DNA from: Ignavibacteriota bacterium
GTDB taxonomy: Bacteria > Bacteroidota > Ignavibacteria > UBA10030 > UBA6906
Assembly: GCA_963811705.1 (NCBI GenBank)
Contig: CAWESL010000015.1
Span: forward strand, 24,757 to 88,756
Length of the DNA: 64,000 bases
Reading direction: 5' to 3'
The translations under genes and the position numbers were made by a program. Below are positions 54,746-62,879 of this stretch, piece after piece. Numbering within the stretch: the first letter of the stretch is position 1; each line of letters opens with the position of its first letter. The notes below the pieces were generated by a model. The model saw only the letters and a list, made by a program, of their open reading frames with translations, ran no database searches and was not told the DNA's origin.

Positions 54746-57061
54746 TTGGCTGAACTTGATGACGCGACTCGACAAGAGCAGCGAAAAAAGGCCGGCGATT
54801 TCTTGAAGATGGCCGACAAGCTTTTTAAGAACGGCGACCTGTCGGGCGCGACCCGCCTCGTTGAGATGGCCGTTGCCGTCGATCCGCAGAACCCGTATGT
54901 CAATGCCTACGCAGAACGTCTCAAACTGGCTGTAACCTCTGCGAGTCCTTCCGCATCCGGCACCGCGCCTTTGCCGCCTGCGCCCCGCGCGTCCGGAACG
55001 CGGCCGTCCCCGGCCTCCCCGACGGCGTCGGGAACACGGCCAACGCCCTCCGCGTCGCCGACGGAATCGGGAACCCGCCCTCCGGTCTCAAAGTCTCCGG
55101 TTCCCGTTCCGCCCCCCGCTCCCGCCCCTCCACAGCAGCATGTCCTGCCGCCGAATGCGCATGGGAGTGCCCTCGACCATGAAATGCGGCGCAACGCGGA
55201 AGTCGAAGGCCGCCGCATGGCCCGCGAGGATGAGATCAGGAATAAAGTGGAGGATGAATACCGGCCGAAACTTGAAGAAGCCGTGAAGGCTGTCGAAGAG
55301 CAGCGCCGGCTTCTTGTCGAGGAAAAACGGTATCGTGCTGAAGTTGAAACCGAATACCGGAACCTGATGTCAACGCGCGAGGCCCAGCTGAAGGACGAAC
55401 TCGCCCAGCAACTGGCACTCGAACGCCGGCGGCTGGAAACGGAGTTTGCCTCGCGCTTGCAGGTCGAGAAGGCCACCGTCGAGGAGGTCACGGGTCGCCG
55501 CAAAGCCCAGGAAGAACGTGCACGGGCGCTCGAGGAAAGCCGGCGCATGATCGACGCAGAACGGATCCGCCTCGAACGTGAAATGGAAACCCGTCTGGCC
55601 GAGGAACGTGCGCGGCTGCAACAGCTCAGGGTCCAGGAAGAGACCGCTGCAACGGAACGGCGAAAGGCCACGGAGCAGCAACTGCATCAATTGCAGGAAG
55701 ATCTCCACAGGAAAATGCAGCAGGAGTTGAATGCGACGCGTGAGCGGCTGGAGGACGAATCGCGGCGCCAGCTTTCTTCGGAACACCGGCGGCTCGAAGA
55801 AGCGCGTTCCCGTGAACAGGCGGAGATCAAGGAAACCCAACGGCAATTCGAGGACGATACGCGGCGCCGCATGGAGGATGAACTTGCCCAACGGCTCGTG
55901 AGGGAACGTTCGAACCTGGAAGCGGAAACGCGACGGCAGCTCGACATCGAGCGCGCGAAAATCGAGGAAGACGCATTCCGGCGCGCCGAGGAAGACGCAA
56001 CGGCCCGGATGGAAAAACAGGACCGGATCGCGTCCGAACTTCGAGCGAAGGCGGAAGAAGAGCGTAAACGCCAGGAGGAGGAACAGGACCGCAAACTGCA
56101 CCAGGAGGCTGAGGAAACCCGGCGGTACGAAGAAGCGGTGCGCCAGGCGATCGAAGAAGGTCAGCGCGTGGCACACGGAAAGAAAGTGCGCATTCATCTG
56201 GACCAGGCGCTGCTCGCGCTCGACGGTCACAACTACGACGATGCGCTTCAGGAAATCACGCGCGCCCTTCGCGTTGACCCGACCAACCCTGAGGGGCTCA
56301 GTCTGGAGAAGCGGGTGTACGCGGAACGCGACGAGGCGGGCCGGACAAAGGACCTGCAGGAACGGCGTGCGAAGCAGCGGGAGAGACTCGAGGAACTTCA
56401 ACGACGTCTCGAAGAGCAGGCGAAGCGCGATGCCGAGGAGCAGAAACAGCGCGCGATCCGTGAGGCAAAGATCGCGTCCTCGCTGCGCAAGGTCAGGGAA
56501 TTGCAGCGGAACGGCCAGCTGGACGGAGCCGTCTCCGAACTGAACACCCTCTACACGATCGATCCCGGAAACGTCACCGGCCGGGAAATTGAAATGGAGA
56601 TCGTTGCGACGCAGCATTCCCGCGAACGCGCGGAGGAGCTGTCGGAACAACGCTCCGCCGAGAACGAGTCGTGGCGGCGCGAAGAGGAAGGACGTGCGAT
56701 GGAACGGCAGGCCGATCGCGAGCGCCTGAAACAGGATGCTGCGGAGTCCTGCCGCAGCATGTTGAAGCAGGCTTGGGTGAACGGAACGCCTCCAAGCGAT
56801 GAACGGGCGATGATCGAAGTCATCCGGCTGTCGCTTGGCATTTCCGACGACGAACGCGATGCGCTTGAGCGGGAGATCCGCGCCGAGTGCTATGCCGACG
56901 CGTTCCGTTCCGCACAGCAGCATGGCATTCTCAGGGAGAACGACGAACGCTCCCTCGAACCGCTGCGTCAGGTCTTCGGCATCGACACCTCCGAGGCCCG
57001 GCAGATCGAGTCCAGCGTCCTTCGCGACGCGGCAACAAAGACGTCCTCCACACGAGAATAA
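54746..57061 (+). CDS. Giant E/R/K-rich helical (coiled-coil or single-alpha-helix) protein with TPR-like units and a TerB-like C-terminal module
   Basis: The ORF has a TTG start at 54746 after AAAGGTAGAGGA; an alternative ATG is at 54809. It is 771 aa. It contains SGTRP Pro-rich repeats and more than 300 aa of near-continuous charged helix. The C-terminus is 'ERAMIEVIRLSLGISDDERDALEREIRAECYADAF'. Confidence 0.7.
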   Translation: MAELDDATRQEQRKKAGDFLKMADKLFKNGDLSGATRLVEMAVAVDPQNPYVNAYAERLKLAVTSASPSASGTAPLPPAPRASGTRPSPASPTASGTRPTPSASPTESGTRPPVSKSPVPVPPPAPAPPQQHVLPPNAHGSALDHEMRRNAEVEGRRMAREDEIRNKVEDEYRPKLEEAVKAVEEQRRLLVEEKRYRAEVETEYRNLMSTREAQLKDELAQQLALERRRLETEFASRLQVEKATVEEVTGRRKAQEERARALEESRRMIDAERIRLEREMETRLAEERARLQQLRVQEETAATERRKATEQQLHQLQEDLHRKMQQELNATRERLEDESRRQLSSEHRRLEEARSREQAEIKETQRQFEDDTRRRMEDELAQRLVRERSNLEAETRRQLDIERAKIEEDAFRRAEEDATARMEKQDRIASELRAKAEEERKRQEEEQDRKLHQEAEETRRYEEAVRQAIEEGQRVAHGKKVRIHLDQALLALDGHNYDDALQEITRALRVDPTNPEGLSLEKRVYAERDEAGRTKDLQERRAKQRERLEELQRRLEEQAKRDAEEQKQRAIREAKIASSLRKVRELQRNGQLDGAVSELNTLYTIDPGNVTGREIEMEIVATQHSRERAEELSEQRSAENESWRREEEGRAMERQADRERLKQDAAESCRSMLKQAWVNGTPPSDERAMIEVIRLSLGISDDERDALEREIRAECYADAFRSAQQHGILRENDERSLEPLRQVFGIDTSEARQIESSVLRDAATKTSSTRE

Positions 57062-57074
57062 GCGCTGCTCCCCG

Positions 57075-57938
57075 TCACGCTTTCCCCCTGCTGAACCGGC
57101 GTGCGAGGTTCCGCCGGTACAGGATGGCCCCCCACCACACGCCGTTCGAAACGAGAAGATTGAAGAGAAGGTAGTGAGGAAGGGCGCCGAAGAGGGTGAA
57201 CGCCGCGAGCACGGCGTTCTCCGTTCCCAATCCCAATAACCCCGACCACCGAATTCCTTTCCTGTCGCCGTACCACGACGCTTCATCCACGACCTGGCCG
57301 CGTTTCGACCACCGATCGATCCGTATCATCATCCTGTCCTGCCAACCATAGAAAAAAAGAAACCCCCGCTGCAGCCGGAGTGTCCATCGATCCTGCTCGA
57401 GGTCCTCGGGCCTGATCTCCTCCGTTGTGCGATTCCCTGCATAGGCGTTCTGCAGGTGCAGGAACGACGTCTGGTAAAAGACATGATAGGATACGCGGAG
57501 CGTGAGGCAGGTGAACGCCGCTGCGGAGAAGAGAAGCCAGAACGGAAGAGCCCCCTGGCGACCGAGGGAAAAGCCGATCGCGCCGAAGATCGCGATGTTG
57601 ACGACGATGTCGCCGATCGAATCGAGGAAACGTCCCAGTCTGCTGAACTGCTTCCGGGCCCGGGCAAGCTGCCCGTCGGCGGAATCGAGGATGTCCTTGA
57701 CGATCAGGAGCAACCCTGCGAGGGGAGCAAATGCGGATGAGCCTTCGAAAAACGCGAAGGCGCTGCAAAGACCCGCCAGGAGTGCTGCGATGGTGATCTG
57801 ATTCGGCGTGATGCGTGTCGGGTAGGACCAACGGACCACGATGCCGGCCAGCGGTCGAATGACATGGCGATTAATCAGTTCGTCCGCTACGTCGGACTTC
57901 GTTGACTGCGTGTACGAATATGGCTCCGGTTCGGTCAT
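57075..57938 (-). CDS. CDP-alcohol phosphatidyltransferase-family membrane protein (copy 2, last gene of the operon)
   Basis: ATG at 57938 forms an ATGA overlap with the upstream gene. The full signature D-x2-D-G-x2-A-R-x8-G-x3-D-x3-D is present as 'DSADGQLARARKQFSRLGRFLDSIGD'. The protein is polytopic. Confidence 0.9.
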   Translation of the reverse strand: MTEPEPYSYTQSTKSDVADELINRHVIRPLAGIVVRWSYPTRITPNQITIAALLAGLCSAFAFFEGSSAFAPLAGLLLIVKDILDSADGQLARARKQFSRLGRFLDSIGDIVVNIAIFGAIGFSLGRQGALPFWLLFSAAAFTCLTLRVSYHVFYQTSFLHLQNAYAGNRTTEEIRPEDLEQDRWTLRLQRGFLFFYGWQDRMMIRIDRWSKRGQVVDEASWYGDRKGIRWSGLLGLGTENAVLAAFTLFGALPHYLLFNLLVSNGVWWGAILYRRNLARRFSRGKA

Positions 57939-58654
57939 AACCCCGTCGTGATCGCCAGATTGGCGGCAGCCGCAAGATCTTGAGGCGTATCGATCTCCAT
58001 GCACGGCAGCCCTTGCGTCGAAACAGCGGCGATTCTCGAGCCGTTCTGAATGATTTCCTGAAAGGACGCCTCATAGAACTCGTCGTGAACCCTTCGGCGG
58101 CTGAGTGTCGCGAACAGCCTGCGGGCCGTGCCGGCGCTGAATTTCTCGATGCCGATCGACTCCCCGGCGGCCCGCACCGCATCCACCTGCTTTCCAATCT
58201 CAAGAACATACCCGCCGTCGAGGATCACTTTGATTTCTTCAGCGCCGAGGTCGCAGTCCTCCCGGATGAGAAGTGCGTCCGGGAGGGATGAGGAAAGAAG
58301 AAGAGCCAGGAGCCGGGGATCGAAGAGGATGTCGGAATCGAGAACAAGAATATCGCTGTTCTGAATGGCGGTTAGTGCCAGCCAGAGCGAGGCGTTGTTG
58401 TTCGTCGATGCGAAGTCGGGATTGTTTACGAAGCGTACCGGCATCGACAAGCACATCGACCGGACCGAGTCCTCGATCATTGCGCGGAGATGGCCCGTGA
58501 CGATAACGCAGTCGGAAATCCCGGACGACTGAAGAGCCCTGAGTGTCCTTGGGAGAAGACCCTCCGGGCCGACGGGGAGGAGGCACTTGGGGCAGGAGTC
58601 CGTAAGAGGCCGGAGCCGCGCGCCGACGCCGGCAGCGAGAACGATCCCGGTCAT
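57935..58654 (-). CDS. LicC-like phospho-alcohol/sugar-phosphate nucleotidyl (cytidylyl) transferase
   Basis: ATG at 58654 forms an ATGA overlap with the upstream gene. 'MTGIVLAAGVGARLRPLTDSCPKCLLPV', 'STNNNASLWLA', 'LVLDSDILFD', 'ESIGIEKFS' and 'MEIDTPQDL' align by eye with LicC-type enzymes. The ORF is 239 aa. Confidence 0.85.
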   Translation of the reverse strand: MTGIVLAAGVGARLRPLTDSCPKCLLPVGPEGLLPRTLRALQSSGISDCVIVTGHLRAMIEDSVRSMCLSMPVRFVNNPDFASTNNNASLWLALTAIQNSDILVLDSDILFDPRLLALLLSSSLPDALLIREDCDLGAEEIKVILDGGYVLEIGKQVDAVRAAGESIGIEKFSAGTARRLFATLSRRRVHDEFYEASFQEIIQNGSRIAAVSTQGLPCMEIDTPQDLAAAANLAITTGL

Positions 58655-59727
58655 GGAGTCGGAATCTTCTCGGGAGCAAGGAGCGGCAGGTGAAGAGAAC
58701 CGGTGGCGACCTCTCGAAAGGCGTCTCTGACGGCGGCGTTCTGCTCCCGGGTGCCGATGGTGATGCGAATGCAATCCTCCAGTCCCGGATCATCCAGAAA
58801 CTTCACGATGACGCCCCGTTGCTCGAGGCCCTCTTTGAGAGGCGTCCGCAGATGTCGCGGATAGCGGACGAGGAGAAAATTCGCTTCGGACGGGAAGGGG
58901 AAAAACCCTTGAATCCGGCCGAGATCATGGATGTACCGGTGCAGATCCTCACGCATCGCCTGCGCGATCGACGCATAGTAGCCGGGCTCGTCAAGCGCGG
59001 CCAGGGCGATCCGTTCGGAGAGCTGATTGAACCCGAGATAGCGCGCGCTGAAGGCGATCAGCTGTCGCACATCGTTCCCGACGAACGCATACCCGATCCG
59101 CAAGCCTGCGAGAGCGTAGTACTTTGAAAACGTCCGGAGGATGACCAGCCGGCCGTGAAGCGCGAGAAGCTCCTCCGGATTGCCGCCGGTGTCATCGGTG
59201 AATCCAAAGTATGCCTGGTCGAGGACGATGACGGATTCCGTGCAATGTGCGACCACGCGCCGGAGTGCATCGGGAGGAATCGTGTTGCCGGTCGGGTTGT
59301 TTGGCGAGGCGATCAGGATGACGTTCGGTCGGTGGCGATCATACAGGGCGAGGATTTCATCAACATCATGCTCGAATCGCCCATTCCGTTCGCGGACGGC
59401 ATAGTGGATCTCGTGGCCGAAGACTTCCTTCGCCACGGACTTGTAGTACCACCAGGATTGACTCGGGAGAAGGATCGCTTCACCCTGGTGGAGATAGCAG
59501 TGGACCACCTGCTTCAGCATATCCTCGCTGCCGTAGCTCAACAGCACCCGCTCTTCGGGAATGTGACATTCGGCGCCGAGGCGTGCTGAGAGGTCGCTCT
59601 TTCTGCCGCCGGCATACGCGCGAGAGTAGAGACTGAGTTGCTCGAGGTTCGCCTTCCGAAGTGCGTCGTAGCATCCGGGAGCAGGACCATACTGGTTCTC
59701 GTTTCTATCGAGGAGGATTTTTGTCAT
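58651..59727 (-). CDS. Class I/II PLP-dependent enzyme, HisC/CobD-like (phospho-substrate aminotransferase or decarboxylase)
   Basis: The internal ATG at 59727 of ORF 58651..60021 gives 'MTKILLDRNENQYGPAPG'. 'IASPNNPTGN', 'LDQAYFGF' and the PLP lysine motif 'RTFSKYYALAGLRIGY' are present. The ORF is 358 aa. Confidence 0.85.
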   Translation of the reverse strand: MTKILLDRNENQYGPAPGCYDALRKANLEQLSLYSRAYAGGRKSDLSARLGAECHIPEERVLLSYGSEDMLKQVVHCYLHQGEAILLPSQSWWYYKSVAKEVFGHEIHYAVRERNGRFEHDVDEILALYDRHRPNVILIASPNNPTGNTIPPDALRRVVAHCTESVIVLDQAYFGFTDDTGGNPEELLALHGRLVILRTFSKYYALAGLRIGYAFVGNDVRQLIAFSARYLGFNQLSERIALAALDEPGYYASIAQAMREDLHRYIHDLGRIQGFFPFPSEANFLLVRYPRHLRTPLKEGLEQRGVIVKFLDDPGLEDCIRITIGTREQNAAVRDAFREVATGSLHLPLLAPEKIPTP

Positions 59728-60652
59728 AGCTCGGTTCCAGTGTCGATTGCCGGCCCTCCGCATCACGAGGGTCCTGATCAGTGGCGGCCGCACGGGTTGA
59801 ACGTGCCACCCTTCTATCGATCCGGTGCTGCCATGTGAGCAGAAACAGCATGTAGAGCGTTCCGGGGATCGCCGCCGCCCAGCAAAAAATATCGGGACGG
59901 CCGAAGAGGGCGGCGATGATAAGGCCGCTCCGGTTCGTCGTTGGGCCCAGGAGGGTCCACCACCGCATGGCTCCGAGGTTGGCCGCCCGGTAACGATCCA
60001 CCGGGATGACGGGGCCGGCATTCTCGGAGACCTGCAGTTGTCCCTGAAATGTCATGTAGCTCAAATAGAGCCGCAATGCGATGCGCTTTCCGAACCATAC
60101 CCCCGTATCGTTTTCCAGAACGGAACGCGCCCGCGCGAGTTCGCTCGCAAGTTGATTTTCTTTTCCTCGGACAGCGGCAATATACGATTGCTGGTGAGAG
60201 TCGAAGACGATCGCGTGGAGCGCCGAGGTGACTCCTCCGGCGACCGCCAGCCACCAGTACGAGGGATTCCCGGTAAGCGACGACAGGCCGAGACCAACGC
60301 CGGCAAAAATCGCAACGCTGGTCACCCAGTCGGCGATGCCATCCACAAGGCGGCCGAACGGTGTGCCGCTCTTCTGCAGCCGCGCGAGCATTCCATCCGC
60401 GCAGTCGAAAACATTCGCCAGCGCATACCAGAGCGCCGCGTAGAAAAACCAGGAGGCTGTTCCCTGCGCGAAGCACCAGGCGGAAATCAGGCCGGCAAGG
60501 AGGGAAACCCCTGTGACCTGGTTCGGCGTGATTGGCAGGCGGTAGATCGTCTTTACCACCAGGAATGCGGCGGGTCGGTAGAAGAAAAGATCCAGAAGTT
60601 CTTCCACTTCGGCCAACTTCAGAGAATTTTTGTACTCGGTAAGGAGAGACAT
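59705..60652 (-). CDS. CDP-alcohol phosphatidyltransferase-family membrane protein (copy 1, first gene of the operon)
   Basis: The internal ATG at 60652 gives MSLLTEYKN. The signature 'DCADGMLARLQKSGTPFGRLVDGIAD' is present. The protein is polytopic. Its 3' end overlaps the next gene by 23 nt. Confidence 0.9.
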   Translation of the reverse strand: MSLLTEYKNSLKLAEVEELLDLFFYRPAAFLVVKTIYRLPITPNQVTGVSLLAGLISAWCFAQGTASWFFYAALWYALANVFDCADGMLARLQKSGTPFGRLVDGIADWVTSVAIFAGVGLGLSSLTGNPSYWWLAVAGGVTSALHAIVFDSHQQSYIAAVRGKENQLASELARARSVLENDTGVWFGKRIALRLYLSYMTFQGQLQVSENAGPVIPVDRYRAANLGAMRWWTLLGPTTNRSGLIIAALFGRPDIFCWAAAIPGTLYMLFLLTWQHRIDRRVARSTRAAATDQDPRDAEGRQSTLEPSYDKNPPR

Positions 60653-60788
60653 AGGGAGGTTGATCCTCAAGTTAGGCCTTTTTCCCAAATACGCAAGGAG
60701 CCGTATTTACTAGGTGCGAGAAAATGGCTATATTGGACTGATGCATTGAAAACCTTCTTCATTTCGAAAGGGAATCGTACACGACATC

Positions 60789-61883
60789 ATGGCAGCGCAC
60801 AAACTACGCAGAATCGGAATATTGACAGGAGGAGGGGATTGTCCCGGACTGAATGCTGTTATCCGGAGCGTCGCCAAGCCCGCAATGGCGCACTTTGGGA
60901 CAAAGGTCATCGGCATTCAGGACGGATACGAAGGGTTTGTCGAGGGCAGAGCCCACGAGCTCACGCCGATCGATGTCCTGGGGATCATCAATCAGGGTGG
61001 AACCATCCTCGGAACGTCGAACAAGGGAGACCCGTTCCATTTCCCGATGGGGGAACGCGGGAATATCCGGATCATCGACGCGTCGGATCAGGTGCTGGCA
61101 CACTACCGGAACTGGCAGCTTGACTGTCTGATCGCCATCGGCGGCGACGGCACCATGACCATTGCCCATAAGCTCTCCGAGATGGGGCTGAATGTTATCG
61201 GCGTGCCCAAGACCATTGATAACGACCTCGACGCGACCGACATCACGTTCGGTCACGATTCAGCGCGTGCCGTTGCGACGGAAGCGATCGATCGATTGCA
61301 GACCACGGCCTCGGCCCATCATCGGGTCATCGTTGTGGAAACGATGGGCCGCTATGCCGGTTGGATCGCGCTCGGCTCCGGCGTTGCCGGAGGAGCGGAC
61401 ATCATCCTGATCCCCGAGATCCCATTCTCATGGGACAAGATTTTCGAATCCGTCCTCAAGAGAAGCAAGGGAGCGAAGTTCAGCATCGTGTGCGTTGCTG
61501 AGGGCGCCAGGCCGAAGGACGGCCAGATTTCCGTCAAGGAGATGGACATCAAACGGACGGATCCCGTGAGGCTCGGCGGCATTGGCGAACTGGTCGCGAA
61601 GAGAATCGAGGACGAAACCGGCCTCGAAACCCGCGTCACAGTTCTCGGCCATGTGCAACGGGGTGGCAGCCCGACCCCGTACGATCGGATTCTTGCGACA
61701 CGGTTCGGGACTGTCGCGCTTCAGGCCGCCTCGAACGGCGAGTTCGGGGTGATGACGAGTCTCCAGCGTGATGAGGTCTGTACGGTCACCCTCAAGGACG
61801 CAATCGGAAAGCAGCGGGTGGTCCCGATGGACTCACAACTCCTCTTTGCAGCGCGCGCTGTCGGGACGTGTATCGGAGATTGA
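60789..61883 (+). CDS. pfk: 6-phosphofructokinase (PFK-A family; phosphoryl donor not decidable from sequence)
   Basis: 'GILTGGGDCPGLNAVIR', 'IGGDGTMT', 'VPKTIDNDL', 'ETMGRYAGWIAL' and 'LGHVQRGGSPT' are present. The ORF is 364 aa. Confidence 0.93.
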   Translation: MAAHKLRRIGILTGGGDCPGLNAVIRSVAKPAMAHFGTKVIGIQDGYEGFVEGRAHELTPIDVLGIINQGGTILGTSNKGDPFHFPMGERGNIRIIDASDQVLAHYRNWQLDCLIAIGGDGTMTIAHKLSEMGLNVIGVPKTIDNDLDATDITFGHDSARAVATEAIDRLQTTASAHHRVIVVETMGRYAGWIALGSGVAGGADIILIPEIPFSWDKIFESVLKRSKGAKFSIVCVAEGARPKDGQISVKEMDIKRTDPVRLGGIGELVAKRIEDETGLETRVTVLGHVQRGGSPTPYDRILATRFGTVALQAASNGEFGVMTSLQRDEVCTVTLKDAIGKQRVVPMDSQLLFAARAVGTCIGD

Positions 61884-61908
61884 TCTTCCCTGCCCAGCGG
61901 TTCTTGTC

Positions 61909-61937
61909 ACGGCGGCACTTCGGGGCCGCCGTTTTTG
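61909..61937 (+). terminator. Intrinsic terminator after pfk
   Basis: ACGGCGGC (61909-61916) pairs with GCCGCCGT (61925-61932) and is followed by TTTT. Confidence 0.75.
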
Positions 61938-61952
61938 TTTCTTGCTTCCTAT

Positions 61953-62861
61953 CTAAAGACGGAATTTTCCGTCGTGCCAGTGACGCACCATCTCCATCCA
62001 GAACAGCAGCCCGCGCCATTCGCCGTACTTTGCATAGTGGCGTTCGATCACACGATCGCTCACTTTCCGCCCCTTCCTGTGAAGATGGGAGAACTGGCTC
62101 CGGACCCATGAATCGAGTGCGAGAGAATCATGTCGGCCGAGGAGGCGGAGCATGTTCCCGACCGCATAGGGACCCATGCCTTTGACCGTGCGGATCTCTT
62201 CTTCAAGTTCCGGTGTGGACTTCTTCGACCCTCGCCAATTCTCCGGCCGCAGCGTTCCCGAAGCGACATTCACGGCAAGTTCCCTGATGTACGGTGCTCG
62301 GTAGCCGGTCTTGCACCGTTCTCGCAATTCGCGCTCACTCAAGGCGGCGATGGCGGCGGGCGACGGGAAGGTGTAGTGGATGCCATCGTCCGAGCGGCCG
62401 GCATGTCGCGCCAGGTTGGTGACCATGATGGTGGTCAGCGCCCAGGTGCAGTTCGTGGTGCAAATGATCTTCACGGCATCTTCGAACACGGTCGGGCACC
62501 GGAGCATTCTTCCTCCGCCGGATTTCGGGATCCAGCGATATTCCGGAAACCCCGACGCGAACCGGTAGAACGGCGTGAGGTCAAAATCCAATTCCAGACA
62601 CGTTGCGACCGATGTGCGGATCTCGCGTCTGGCCTCCAGCGTGAGGGGGTGCTGCGATACAGCGGTGATCACGACGCCGTCTGTCCCGGCCCGGAGCGTG
62701 CAGTCGACTATCGAAGTGTCATAGAGCCCGAACGTCCGGGAAAGGGTTCGACGGTCGCGATCGCAGGAGAACGGGGGAAGGGAACACCACCCATGGCTGA
62801 ACGCCGTTCGCCAGAAATTGAACGTGCGGGGAGTGCGGAGCCGGAGAGTGGAAGTGTGCAT
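61953..62861 (-). CDS. HhH-GPD DNA glycosylase (AlkA-like 3-methyladenine glycosylase II)
   Basis: The HhH-GPD segment 'IRTVKGMGPYAVGNMLRLLGRHDSLALDSWVR' is present. The ORF is 302 aa and lies 18 nt downstream of rho. Confidence 0.8.
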   Translation of the reverse strand: MHTSTLRLRTPRTFNFWRTAFSHGWCSLPPFSCDRDRRTLSRTFGLYDTSIVDCTLRAGTDGVVITAVSQHPLTLEARREIRTSVATCLELDFDLTPFYRFASGFPEYRWIPKSGGGRMLRCPTVFEDAVKIICTTNCTWALTTIMVTNLARHAGRSDDGIHYTFPSPAAIAALSERELRERCKTGYRAPYIRELAVNVASGTLRPENWRGSKKSTPELEEEIRTVKGMGPYAVGNMLRLLGRHDSLALDSWVRSQFSHLHRKGRKVSDRVIERHYAKYGEWRGLLFWMEMVRHWHDGKFRL

Positions 62862-62879
62862 GCGGAAATGGATCGCCGG

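Noticed and set aside
54955-55095. Repetitive DNA here (SGTRP repeats) and at 35786-35955 (Q/N/K tract), considered as a possible CRISPR or VNTR-like array.
   Set aside because: The repeats are short, imperfect, in frame within ORFs, and lack the regular repeat-spacer structure. They are codon-level low-complexity protein regions.
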